A program made the position numbers and the translations under genes. This document shows positions 25,340 to 37,989 of a stretch of DNA of 64,000 nt, piece after piece. The first letter of the stretch is position 1. Each line of letters begins with the position of its first letter. The notes below the pieces were generated by a model. It saw nothing but the letters and a program-made list of their open reading frames with translations. It was not told where the DNA came from and ran no database searches. Origin of the DNA: Lama glama (taxonomy: Eukaryota); assembly GCA_028534125.1 (NCBI GenBank), contig CM052816.1, positions 75,208,001-75,272,000 on the forward strand. Direction: 5' to 3'.

Positions 25340-27520
25340 TTTCCAATAGAAAACCAATTTCGATAGAATGTGTAGAGTAAGGAGGTGAGAAAAGAAAGAA
25401 CAGTTTGTAGCTGTATCCAGACCTTGAAAGGTCTTGGAAGGCGTTCTAAGTGTTTTGGATTTTATTCTGCAGTAATATAAAATGACTGAAGAGAAATGAT
25501 GATCAGATTTACATTTTGAAGAGATCACCCCAACTTAGTCATTGCTGTAGCCAGTGATCATCACTGGATACTAAAACATTGGGTGAAAGCTTGTTGAGGA
25601 ACAGGGCATTACCATGATGCCAGAGGGCCACCTAACAAATCACTTTCTAATTGAAAAAGGAAAAAAAATATATGGTTGTGATGAAGAGAGCAGAGAGCTG
25701 TCAGCACTTTCCCCCAATGTTAAAATGTAGCATCTCTAAATAAGAAGGAAATAGGCCAACATCTTCAGAGCGTGGACATTCTACAGTGCAACTACCTTGA
25801 ACTTAACAAAAAAATTCATGCCATTTTAAAAATGACTGGGAAAAATTCTAAACTAAAATGTAGAAGAGATATATAACAATGGAATGCAATGAGTTAATCC
25901 AGAGAGAACCCTGATTGAAGATGGAGGGCGCAACAGAGAAAGAGATTCTTGGAGCAATTGAAAAATTGGGAATGTGAACTGGATATTATGCCTTTAGTGA
26001 TGCATTTAACCTTCTAAAACTCCACCTTTGTCTGCCCTCTGTGTTTATTTTTTTAGGAGAAAAACATGATTTAAAGCAAAGCTGAAAGTCTCTGTGATGC
26101 CAGATAATTATGTTCATTATATCATTGTTTTCTCAGACATGATATCGTGGTTATGTAAGACATCCTCCATACTCTGATGTGCATGCTGAATTCAGGGGGT
26201 GAAATGTCTAACTTACTTTCAAATAGTATAGATAGAAATGTGAGTATTTTTATGCTCACTAAAGTGTTAAATACTAAGAGTGAAATAAAGCAGATATAGT
26301 GCAGTGTTAACAATTGTGGAACGTAAGTGAAGAGTACATATATGCATGTTCGTTGTTCAATGTAAAACTTCTTTGAAGATTTTGATAATTAAACATTGTT
26401 AATAGAGAGGATTAAATATTATAGCAAAGAGAAGAATAAAGAAAGCAAGAGTGAATGTGGGGGAAGTAGGAGGTTATGGCAGTAGTTCAGGTAAGACCTG
26501 GAGCATAAACTAAGGGGATGGTGGAGAAGATAACTTGGCAAATTAGGTCATTATTTAGGCAACAGAATGAATTAAATGGAATGAATTAGGGGTGACTGGA
26601 TAGAACCTAGCACCTGTGGGGACACAGTTGACTCAATGCATAAAAGAGTGAATGTATAAAATGGGATTGAAGAAGAGGGAGGAATAAGGGCACCTTCTAA
26701 ATATTTTCTTAGCAACTGAGTGCATAATAAGACCATTAATTAAAATAAAAATAAGAGAAGGAGCCCATTTTGGAAGGAAAATGGTACAAGCAGGTTGAAT
26801 TTGAGGTTTCTTAAAGATTATCAAAATGGAGGCATGGGGTTGGCACTCATATAAAGCTCAGAAGCAAATGATTCCAGAACTATTGGCCAATAAAGTGAAG
26901 CAGAAAAAAATTGTCCAGGAAGAATTTATAGAGTGAAAACTAAAGAAAAAAGTCCAGGATAAATCCCTAAGGCACCCTAACATCGAATGTATGGGCAGAG
27001 ATGGGCAGCTAGCTGAAAACTCTGAGTCGGAGTAACCAGAGAGTTTGCAGAAAAACCAAAAGAGAGACAGGGAGGAAGTCGGGGAAGAGCATTTTAAGAG
27101 AGAATTATTTGATGAGTGTCAAATGCAATTGAAAGATCAGACAAGATGGGATTGAAAAGTGACTGTAAAGACCTAGAAGACTTCAGCGGTTGGCCTGAGA
27201 CAGCAATTTTGGAAGCGTGGGAAAGTAGATCACGCTGGGTTGTGAAGCTGAGTGAGGGGTGAGGAGGTGAGAAGAGTGAGTGCAGCTTGCGCCCTTGGGC
27301 TCTGGACTGTGGGAGAGGAAACGTAGACTAGGGCTTGGAGGGAGGTAGAGATAGAGGAAGCAATTGTTTTTCTAAAAATGGGAGACATCTGAGCATCTAC
27401 AAATGTAAAGTGGGAAGAACAAATTGTGAGGCAAAATGGCAGTTACAGAAGTGGGAGGGAGTGGCTGATAGTGCAAGGTGTCTCTGAAGACTGAAGACAG
27501 TGAAATCAAAAGCAGAGAAA
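25340..27520 (-). mobile_element. L2 (two parts, ~25340-25530 and ~26430-27520) split by an L1MC insertion
   Basis: ttttggattttattctgcagt...gatcagatttacattttgaagagatcac resumes as ggaggttatggcagtagttcaggtaag...gtgtcaaatgc...gagatagagg. Confidence 0.75.
25540..26400 (+). mobile_element. L1MC-like 3' UTR
   Basis: gtggacattctaca...caatggaatgcaatg...caattgaaaaattgggaatgtgaactggatatta...gatgtgcatgctgaa. Confidence 0.75.
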
Positions 27521-28267
27521 CATGAAGTTGGTCTCATTATCTAACTATGCCGGCTTCAGGTTTTTATTGGTGAGGTGAAGAGCATTGACTGAAAGACTTC
27601 CAAGGTTCTTTCTAGCTGTAACCATCTATGTTTTGAGGTGTCTAGAGGAAGGGAGAGGCCTTGGAGGATAGGTCCTATTAGGCATCACGAGTGTATGAAA
27701 GCTGCAGGGTACCATCAAATTGCAGGGTCAAGAATGGTAGTCTTGGGGTGACTGTGTTCCCGGGGGTCACCTGTAGGGGGATGAAATGAATGAATGGACA
27801 ACTGTGAAATTCACTCCAAACCCCAAAGTGCTGGTCACTGGTACTATTCCCATTTGAGCAAGAATAAGAGAAAATGGAAATCCAACTTTGTGTTGTAGTT
27901 TTACCCATGGCTAGTCTTGCACCTGCCAATGCTTTAGTGCCCTTTTGAAGATCTTCTTATCAACTGGTGGCTGGATTTAAAATAGTTTCCTTTTAGGACT
28001 GGTTTTGTATGCAACTTTAGTAAGAGAGCTTGACCCCCACGAGCATGTCTGGGACTTTTGTGATGAAGTCCTGGTAGAAGGAGGCTGAAGAGATGCAGAC
28101 TTGGAGAAGGGAAATAGTGAAGACAGGGCCTAGGGAACAAGGGGTCGAGGTGGGCCAGTGCAGTGGGGAGGGGACAAGTGATGAGGTAGGGAATGACAAG
28201 CCCTGATACTGTTGTGACCCCTGCAGGGGTACAAGGCTGAATTTTTGTTAATGTTACTGTGAATCAC

Positions 28268-28675
28268 AATATCAGCGACCATTTACTGAGCACTCACTAT
28301 GTGCCAGGCACTGTGCAGACTGTTCATTATCTCATGTAATTCTCAAGATAATCCCATGTTTGTACTGTTATTATTCCTGTTTTTTTTTAAATTGTGGGAA
28401 AACACACATCATATAAAATTTACCATTTTAAGCATTTTTAAGTGGCATTAAGTACATGGACATTGTTGAGTAACCATCACCACCAACCATCTCTGGATCT
28501 TTTTCACTTTCCCAAACTGAAACTCTGTTACCCATTAAACAATAATTCCCAATTCCTCCTCTCCCTATTAATCCTGCTTTGAAGACGAGGCAGCTAAGGC
28601 TTAGAGAAGGTGAAAACTGTTCCCCGAGGGCATGGAGCTGGTAGGTGCCTTTAATTTTAGAGCCTGACACTTAAC
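28268..28675 (-). mobile_element. MIR interrupted by an L1MB-like 3' end
   Basis: catttactgagcactcactatgtgccaggcactgtg... resumes at gacgaggcagctaaggcttagagaaggtgaa. Confidence 0.85.
28384..28565 (-). mobile_element. L1MB-like 3' end nested in MIR
   Basis: ataaaatttaccatttta...gtggcattaagtaca...ccaaactgaaactctg. Degenerate TSD tatta(t/a)tcctg(t/c)ttt at 28369-28383 and 28566-28580. Confidence 0.88.
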
Positions 28676-30864
28676 GTATCTGGAAGAGTTTAATTCGAAG
28701 TGAATATGGATTTCCAGCAGAATTGCCAGTCTATGCCTTAAGTTTCTGGATCCATCAAGGTACGGAGGACTGTGCTAAGAATATGAGTCTCAGTTCTGGA
28801 ATACCAGAGGCCACACGATGTTAGCACACTGCTCTTAGAGACCTGGCTGATGAGTTTCCGAGCTCACAGTCTCTCTTACTCATGATCAGTGCTTTGGGCC
28901 TTTGTGAGTCTCTTCCACTGGCCAAGTCAGGCCTTTTCATGGCCACTCAGAAGCCTTCCTGAGTTATTTTTCAGGCTAGAATGGCTAACTATCCAGTAAA
29001 GTATCTCATTTAACCCAAAACTATGAATTCCCCCAGAATTCAGTAATTTATCAAACAATAATAGCCTGATTATCTTTTTTTCTGTGCAGATTTAGCAGAG
29101 AAAATTTATAAAACATAAATGAAGAACAGTACTACTTTTCCTTGTGATTTTATTTTGCTTTAGTTTTTGCTTTGTATGCCTGTCTTTTCCCTCCCCCCTT
29201 AACCTTTTCCTGTAAAGTCAAGCTTACCTACCAACTATACATACATCAGCTGGCAGCACACTTTAATGTGTTGCTTGGATACAGATGTTTGGAAATAAAG
29301 GCACACAATTTATACCTGATTCTGTTACTAGGAAACCAGGGCAACTTTGGGACTTCCCTTTGGGAATCATGACCACAAACTGGAAAGAAATCTATTATGA
29401 ATTTTAGAAGAAGGAAAATATGTAAGACATGGTTTAATTGTATTTCTAAATTGACAAGTTAGTATTTTTAAGCTTCTGTAGCCTTTTCCTGCCTGAGTAT
29501 AAATATTGCTACCTAAGGCTTTTTTAGTAAGTTTGATCACATTATATGGAGTGTGCGGGTGGCCAGGGTATTTAAATATAAACACAAAACACACTTGTAA
29601 AACATTTCATAAAACAGGCTAAAAATAAAATCATTGGTGCTTCAAGGGACACCACTTCCAGGATTTTAACTCTATAAACCCTCTTCTACAATCAGAGCAC
29701 GGGATCTGCAGGAGAAATTCTTTGCTATGTCAACCCTACTGGAAAATCATCTCCAAGAAAAACAAACAAGAAGTTAATTTGTGGAGTCTATTTTGATCTT
29801 TTAGCTACAAGAAAACATTATGCCTGTCTGAGACTTCCTTCCATCCAGACCCTGACAGGCATCCTTAATACTATTGAGGCTGACAGTGTGAAAGGTAAGT
29901 TTAGGATAGCAGGAAAAATTCTGCTGCCCAGATTAGCTGATAGAGTCTTTTAATATGTATATGTAATTGTGTTCTGAAACATAGCTACTCACGAAAGTGA
30001 GAATGTTCTCTTCCAGACGGAGTCTTCAGCGAAGCTCGGCGTTCTTGTTATAGCTCAAATCATCTTCTAAAAACTGCTGCAGCTTGACTGTAGGAAGTAC
30101 CTTGTCTTTGAACACAGAGCCCAAACAGTGCTAAAAAGGGAAATAGAACATATGGTAATAAACTCTCGGAAGCTTTGATGCCCGGTGAAAATCAGCAGCC
30201 AGGGCGCGGGAGGCGCTGGCAACCATGAACTCTCCCCCAAGGGCCTCATTAACAAGGCCAACTGTGCCGCAGTGGAGGAAAACAGGCTCACGGGCTTGAG
30301 GGAGATCGCAGCCTTTCAGAGCCAACCCCAGATTTTCTTGGGCTGAAAGGCATATTAATTGGAAGGAAAGAAAGCTTCAACAAGAGTCTGGAAGAAAACC
30401 ACTGCCCGAGTGGCCCCTTTACTCTAAGTGTCTCTGGGTGTTTGGAAACAATATGGATGAGTTTTTGAAAGTTTATTTTCATCCAATGTTGCATGCAGAA
30501 CACTGACTATAAGTATCAGGAGTTTTGTTATTTGGCTATTCCTGACTCTGACTATAATGGTGGTGGGAAGTCCCACTTTGCTTCAGTTTGTCCATAGGTA
30601 GAATGGGGATGGGAGTGAGGGACATGGGGAGGGGTGTGTCAAGCCTGAGGGTTCTCTAGGCTCCTTCTACAGCCCCCTAACATCCCCCATCTCCATATAA
30701 GAGCACTGATGTTCAGATATTTTTTCTGCAGGGATGATAAGACCAGTGGGTGACTTTACAGACACTGCCAAGATAGTATGCTGTATTTCCTTTTCAATTT
30801 CAAAAGGCTTTCCTAGGCACAGGTAATTCTGAGCGGCACATAAGTCTCCATACACTATGTATAA

Positions 30865-30918
30865 GCCACCACCTCCTCCTCTTCCTCCTTTTTCTTCCTC
30901 CTCTTTTCTTCTTCTTCT
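30865..30918. repeat. Pyrimidine low-complexity tract (TCC/TTC)n
   Basis: cctcctcctcttcctcctttttcttcctcctcttttcttcttcttc. Confidence 0.8.
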
Positions 30919-31199
30919 AACTTATTCTTGTTCATGACACTTTTCAAAATCCTTGGTACTATGTGCTAAAGATACCCATGAAAGTAACATATGAAAATGT
31001 TCGAGGCTGTGTAATATTTCTAATTCCAACAACTGTTTCAGCCACAGAAACCTCTCATTATCCAATCACTATCACATTTACTTACTTATTTGTATGTGTG
31101 TTTTTTGTTTGTTTGTTTTTACCTAGCAGTTCATAACTGCATCCTACCTGTTTGTCAACTTGAGTGCTCTTTATTTTACAGATTTCCTTTAAAAACAAT

Positions 31200-31430
31200 A
31201 ATCATTATTATTCAGCTGGTATCACTTATTCTGTGCCTGTTACATTCCTTAAATACAGCATCATGATTAATCATAAAAATAAGTCTTTGGCCTGAATGTT
31301 ATTATCCTCATTGTATAGAAGAGGAAACAGAGGCTCCTAGAATCTTTAAGTCACAATTGCTCGAAGTTACAGAGTTAGTGAGTGACAGCACCTACCTAAT
31401 TTCAAAACATGTGGCCCTTCCACTATATCA
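31200..31430 (-). mobile_element. MIR SINE
   Basis: ttattatcctcattgtatagaagaggaaacagaggctc...gttacagagttagtgagtgacag. Confidence 0.8.
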
Positions 31431-31619
31431 GGCATTTTTCTCTCAGAGCATCTGGAAAGATTTTTAAGATCTTAAGAAGATTTGATTGTAATTTGCATGG
31501 AGTGAGAGGACTACTGAAGCTCCTTCTAGAGATACAACTTGATGCTGTATGTCTGCCAAATATTGACAGTCATACTGTTTACAGTGAAATACTGAGTAAT
31601 GTATGAAAACGTGATCAAG

Positions 31620-31790
31620 AAATCAAGACAGACTTGGATTCTACCCTTATTTCCATGGGTAACAAAGTGTAAGACGTTGAGCAAGTCACTAACCAGTTTG
31701 CCCTCCTATTCCTATTCTGTAGAATGATTAGTAAACTTACTTTAAAGGAAAAACAAAAAACCTTCCATTAATCTGTGGCATTAACTAAGA
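31620..31790 (+). mobile_element. MIR fragment
   Basis: agacagacttggattc...ttgagcaagtcactaac...ctattctgtagaatg. Confidence 0.6.
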
Positions 31791-33019
31791 CGTTAACCTA
31801 AGATCTGTATAACATTTTACATTTTCAACCCCACTTAGAGCTTCAGAGCATCTCATAACAACCCAGAATATGATCAAGAGAAGGTGTGTGTCCACACTGA
31901 ATGATTTTGCTGTGTCTCTGGTGCGAAACTGGAGGTTGAATGGAGAGAAAAGGAACAGATCCTATGATTGAAAATACCTCTGGGCCCCAACCTTGGACCT
32001 CAAGGTCAAGATACATCTTTATAGAGGTATTCTTAGATCACCAGCCTGGAAGAGAAAAAATGAAAGTGTGGGAGAAAATCTGCAAACTGAAAGCTTCTTT
32101 CTGGAATAATTACATGAATCTCAGCTCCACCTCACAGACCTGAAAACACATACTTCTAGCCCTGTTTCCTGGCAGACTGAAGCATGTGATCATCAGTGCT
32201 TTTGATGACCTGGAGAACTTCCTGGAGAGCATGCACTGGCAGGTGCATCTCCTCTTGCCAAGAGAGCTGCTCCCCAGAAAAAACTGAGAGAACACTTTCA
32301 TTCTGTCCAAAACTGAGGACAGGTCCCACATGGAGCCTGTGCTGGGTGCTTTGTGGATCCTTCCCTCCCAGAGGCCACGGTAACATTCTTCTGTGGAAGG
32401 GATTAAAATGAGCCTCCTGCCACCACCCAATAAAGAACAATACATCGTCCCTCCTCCATGAACTTTTGGGCTGGTCTGCTTCTGTCTTCTGGTTAGATCA
32501 TCTCTTATCTATGTTTTTTTTTTCTAATAAGGGAGAAATATATTTTATCTTAGATCTGTAAATTTGGTCTCCCATCCTTTGGAAGTCCTCATAATATATA
32601 GTTCTGAAAATTGCCAAACTTCATAATGAATATCTGTTTATTAAATAAATGAATAAAGCCTGAAGTTGTATCATGAGAAAACACTATTATGCCTCCACAT
32701 TTCTCCTGGGATATTTTTCCAAACAAACCACATAGCCTTTTGTTCAAGCTCCTGCTCACACTACAACATAGTATTTGCCAGTTTTGCATCAGTACCTGCC
32801 AAGGTGAGATGCAGAGCAGAGAGGTTTAGTCTCACATGTACAGACTCGCATGCATCTCCTCTTGGGTATCAAAAACAAACTGGAAACTTATTATGTTCAG
32901 TGATCTCTTGATTCTCCTTCCAGTACCAACTATTTTCACATTCTGGCCATCTAAGTTATTTGCAGCTGTCTTCTTTTAGTGACTCTAGCCAAAAATCTTG
33001 TGTCACCTTTAAGTCATTT

Positions 33020-33300
33020 CTTTTTCTTTTTTAATTAAGTATAGTCAATTTACAGTGTTATGTTAATTTCTGGTATACAGCATAGTGATTCATATATATA
33101 TATATATATATATAATCATATTCTTTTTCAATATAGGCTATTATAAGGTACTGAATATAGTACCCTGTGCTATACGGTAGGACCTTGTTGTCTTCATCTA
33201 TTTGATATATAGTAGTATCTGCAAATCCAGAACTCCCAACTTATCCTTCCCTACCCCCTTCCTCCACTGGTAACCATAAGTTTGTTTTCTCTGTCTGTGA
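33020..33300 (-). mobile_element. Young L1 3' end
   Basis: Poly-T, aagtatagtcaatttacag...(TA)n...ggtaaccataagtttgttttct. Confidence 0.92.
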
Positions 33301-33911
33301 GACTCCTCTCTTTCTTTCATACCCCACCACCAATCTGTGGTGACAGCAAGTTGTGTTAGATCTACCTTCAAAAAACATTCAGAAACTGACCACTTCTCAC
33401 ATCTCCACAGTCAAATCACCATCATCTCTCACCAATTATTCCAATAGCTTTTTAAGCTGGATCCCTGCTTCCACCTGGTCCCCTAGAGGCTACTTTCAAC
33501 AGTGGCCAGAGAGTTCCTGTTAAGATGCAAGTCAGATTGTGTTATCTTCTGATTAAAGTCTTCCAAGAGCTTCTCATTGCACTTGGAATAAAAGCCAAAG
33601 TCTTTACGATCGGACTCCCCTGTTACTTCTCAAAACTCATCTCCCATTACTCAGCCCCTTGTTCATTCTGCTTCAGCCACACTGGCCTTGCTGTTCTTTG
33701 AACATATGTGATGTGCTCCACAGAGCCTTTGCATGTGTTCTAGTTCAACAGCCACTAGCTGGCTCTCTCATCTTCAGATCTTTATGCAAATAACTCCTTT
33801 TCAATGAGATTTCTTTCGGCTACTCTATTTAATAATGTATCTGATACATACTCCTCTTCATCTATATACATATCATAGTGAGTTTCTCTGCCTAATTTTT
33901 CTCATAGCATC

Positions 33912-34262
33912 TGTTAGGGGTCAAATTGTATCCCCAGAAGGATATATTAAAAGTCCTAACCCACAGTATCTGTGAAAATGATGTTATTTGGAAATAGTGA
34001 CTTTGTAGATTTAATCGAGTTAAGATGAGGTCATTGAATGGCCCTAAACCAATATGATTTGTGTCTTTACAAGAAGAGGAAGACATCATAGGAAAACAGA
34101 GACACACAGGAAGAATGTTTTGTGATGACAGAGGTAAAGGTTCATGTGATACAGGTGAGGTCAAGGACCACCTTGATTTTAGACTTCTAACCTCCAGAGA
34201 ATACATTTCTCTTATTTTAAGCCACCAGTTTGTTATTATGGTAGCCCTAGCAAATGAATATA
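33912..34262 (+). mobile_element. MaLR solo LTR (MLT1B-like)
   Basis: tgttagggg..aattgtatcccc...gttaagatgaggtcat...caccttgattttagacttct...gtagccctagcaaatgaata. Confidence 0.88.
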
Positions 34263-35109
34263 GAATATATCACACCATCTGATATATTACATATTCGACA
34301 TAGTTTTTTTCTTTATTGTTTGTCTCCCCAACACTGCAATGCAAACTCCAGGGAAGACTGACTCTCTGTTCCACACTGCTCTGAATTCTGCTGGATTCTA
34401 CCCAATCTGCCTTTTATCTAAAGATTGATTGGTCCTAATGCTTCATGGGTGAACCTGCAAAGGGATTTCATAAAAATTAGAAACAAACTCAAAACAAGAA
34501 GTAGAAATTCTAGCTCCCATCTAAAGATAGTAAAAAAGTAATTTGACATTAGATAGAACTTGGAGACTATACGAACTGAGGTGCTACCACATAGGAAATC
34601 ATCCATTTAGGCTCCCATCTAACCCTGACGTTGTGCCCAAGCCAAGTGGTGAAAAAGGCTATGTGAGTGCCTGTATATTAGATGAAGAGAATGCTGATGG
34701 ATTGGTTGGACATAGAAGGACATATATCACAGAAGATTCCTGACAGCTATGAAAACATTTTGTCAAAAATTTACTTGCTTTTATTTCCCCCTCATATTGT
34801 TAGTTTTAATAGCTTTTAATTTTTTTCACAGCACTCAAAGTGCCTCAATAACACTATCCCCCAAAGGAAAATGTATCATCTTTGTAACACAGTATTACAT
34901 GCAGTATTGAATTCTGAAGCTAACATGTTAGAAAGGCAATGCATAAAGTATAAAGCATTCTCTAGAATGTTTTAGAGCATTTAGGATGACACCAAAAAGA
35001 AATGTTGTCCACAGCCCAGGAGAGTCCCTGTATCTTCTCCCTGGTCTGTATATATAAATAGAAAATGTTATGTGGACAAAAAAGTAAGGCTTTGAAAAAG
35101 AAAGTGAGG

Positions 35110-35330
35110 ACTCTTAGGGCAATAGAGTGCAATGTTTGGGGAAATCGACTATGGAGTTTGACAGAGCTGGATTCGAATTCTGGTTCCAAGACAGTAGCTG
35201 TGGATGGTCACTACTAATCCTAAATTTCCCAGCAATAACACCTGCCTCAGAGTGTCATTGTGGGCTAAAAATGAAGTACACACGGAAAGTACTTAATTCA
35301 GTCCTCAGAAAATGGTACCCGTTATTGTTA
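35110..35330 (+). mobile_element. MIR SINE
   Basis: atggagtttgacagagctggattcgaattctggttcc...aataacacctgcctcagagtg. Confidence 0.75.
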
Positions 35331-36439
35331 TGTCTCCCAACGCAATGACTCCCAGTAAGTGAGATTTAACATATTGTGAAAGAACGTCTGTCGAGAGAGT
35401 GACATGGCTCAGTGCTGTACAGCTGCTCAGAATCTCCTTTCAGGAAATGATCTGAATGGGCTTGTTGACAGTAACTATTACTCTGGAAAAGGAATCGCTC
35501 ACAGCCTTCCTGATTAACTACTGTATCACTTCCCATCATTATCCTTTTCATCTGCCTTGACTATAAATATATAATCTAATGATCCTTTCATTTAAATTGC
35601 TCCTTTGATGATAGGATTTTCAAAGTGCTTTTTAGCCACTCATTAATTAGGCAAATCCACCCATTTTTGTAGCGCCTATCACTGAGACACTTGAAGAACT
35701 TTGAGGAATAAAAAATTTCCCCTGATTTTTCCAGAGAAGACAGAGAGACAGCTTCCTAAATTTCAAAGCATCATGTAGAGGAGAAAGGTTCTTGCAGGAG
35801 TTAAACTTACTACTATTTCCTTACTAATGCTTCTTTGCAAGCCCCCTTGAAAATCTTTCATCAAATGCATGAACTGACCACAGTCTATGACAATTTGACC
35901 CTCCTGGAAACTTGGCCTCCCTGTTTTAATGATCTTCTTTAAGGCCTGATGTCATGAATTCTGATTCCCCAGCATTACTTTCACCCCTCTTATTTCACAT
36001 CATGAAAATAATTATCTAGCTGAATGTTCCATTTTCCTCTTAACTAGGTGGAACTGGCTATTAGGTAACAGTGAATTTAAAACTACCAAACTAAAGGGAA
36101 AACATCGGTTTGAAAATGAACCAGGAACTTGATTGGAGCTGAGCTTTGACTGGCAATCTGAGCAGGGAGCCTGGCTGTTAACAAATGAGGCACGTTTTAA
36201 TTAAGAACTTTTGTTACATCATGACAGAAAGCAAAGACAGTGTGGTTCAGAGACTGTATGCTAGACACTTAAGAAGGCTCTCTTGTCATGAGACCCTCAT
36301 CAGAATCTGACTTTTGCCATCCTGGAAGATGATGAGAAAGAAAATGCACCATCTTCCTTGGCTTGTACAGTGGGTAAGAAAATAACCAGATGCTTTGAAA
36401 TTGCAGAAAAAGTGTCCCTCTTCAGAAATGTTTTAGAAA

Positions 36440-36700
36440 AGGAGTGTGAGCTCATCACTGTGCCCTCTGCAAGGAATTCGCACCCCAATATGTGGCATTA
36501 TCCACACTTTGCTTAGGTCTCTCTACTCAAATACCCCTCCTTTATCTTTCTTTGCAGCACATATTACAACCTTCTCATTGCATTTTATGTTTTTGTGGGG
36601 TTATTTATAGCCAGTTGTCTCAACTGGAACATGAATTCTGAGAGCAGGGACTTGAGATGATCACTGCTTCACCTCCTGTCAATAACTGCTGAATGAAAGT
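36440..36700 (+). mobile_element. L2 3' fragment
   Basis: ctgtgccctctgc...aggtctctctactcaaat...tgagagcagggact...tgctgaatgaa. Confidence 0.65.
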
Positions 36701-37989
36701 TGAATTACCTGAAAGAGATGGTGGAAAAATTGAGTTAAAGACACAAGGTATAAAATAATGAAATGGACACAACTAGCTGGTCTGGGGAATTTTGGACCTA
36801 ATTTCAAAGAATTTTCATGAAAACCTAACTTTACTTGTAAAAGCTTATTTCATGTCACCGTGGTTATGAGAAGCAGGGATAAAAGCACAATCTGCAAATA
36901 ATCCAAAGAAACCCTAGAATTTTAGAGGATAGTTAACCCCTCTGCCAGAATGGCCTCCCTCTTCTCTGCATCCCTTTTCACTCCAGGCAGGAGAAAGAAG
37001 AGTTGAGATAGGTGAGCATCAGAGAGTGAGGGAAGGATGCGCTGCAGCCGGCAAGGGTTAGATATGAGTGGCGATGTTGAGGCTTTCTCCCAGGTGGCGG
37101 GCGGCTGGATTGCTCTCCTGTTCTCCATGACTCCTACCTTCCTTTCTCACTCCTAAACCTCATTTGAACCTCCCTCCTTTACTTTCCTTCTTTATTAATA
37201 TCTTTCTTTTCCTTCTGCCTTCATGATGGGGACAACAGATGACTCTCTGGTAGAAGTCAAAGTAAAAGGTTTAGAGCTAAGTGAAGGAGCTAAAATATTG
37301 TCAGTTTTTTAAGTTACTGGCTGCGCTGCCCAGACTCTGTGGTTGAAAGATTGGTTATAAATTCATTCTTTTTTTCCAGTTTGACTTTTTTCCAGGGAGT
37401 GTTAAGGATGGAAGAAGTTTCAAATGCTGTAATAAATATTAGGAAAGCAAATTTATCAAACATAGACCTAGGAACAGTTTCCTGATACCATATTTGTTTG
37501 TCTGTTACGTGGAGTCAGAGAGGCAACCAGAGATTGAGGTCCCCCCCCAGACTAGGATGCAGTTGTGGGTGTATTTCCTCCAGGACTGGAAGTTGTACCA
37601 TTTCTTATTTTCTTGGGGTAAGAAGATTGCAGATCCTTATACCCACTCCAGACAAGGCTAAGGCTAAGGAAAATAAATGAGTGCTAAGTATCAGGTAAGT
37701 CGTACCAGCTAAATCAACCTTCGTTTCAGTTAAACATAGCCTCAGGTGCTGGCCTTCCATGAACTTGTTTCTATGGCTTTGTGCTTTGTTTTTTTGTTAG
37801 TTTTCTCTCCCATCATGTCTTCTTTCCTCCTCCTCTTTTTTCCATCCTTCATACCTAAGACGTTGCCCGTGCACTGCATGGCTGCTCTGGTCTTAGGGCA
37901 CTAACTCTGATACCTACTCCTAAGATGAGGAAAGCCGCATCCTTAGCTCGCCATGAAGATTTTCCTTACAGACAGTAAAATAACAATAA

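Larger units (their letters stand above)
32935..34360 (+). mobile_element. L2 interrupted by a young L1 and by an MLT1B-like LTR
   Basis: gccaaaaatcttg...[L1]...gactcctctctttc...tctaccttcaaaa...cagtggccagag...cagccacactggcct...[MLT1]...ttattgtttgtctcccc. Confidence 0.8.
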
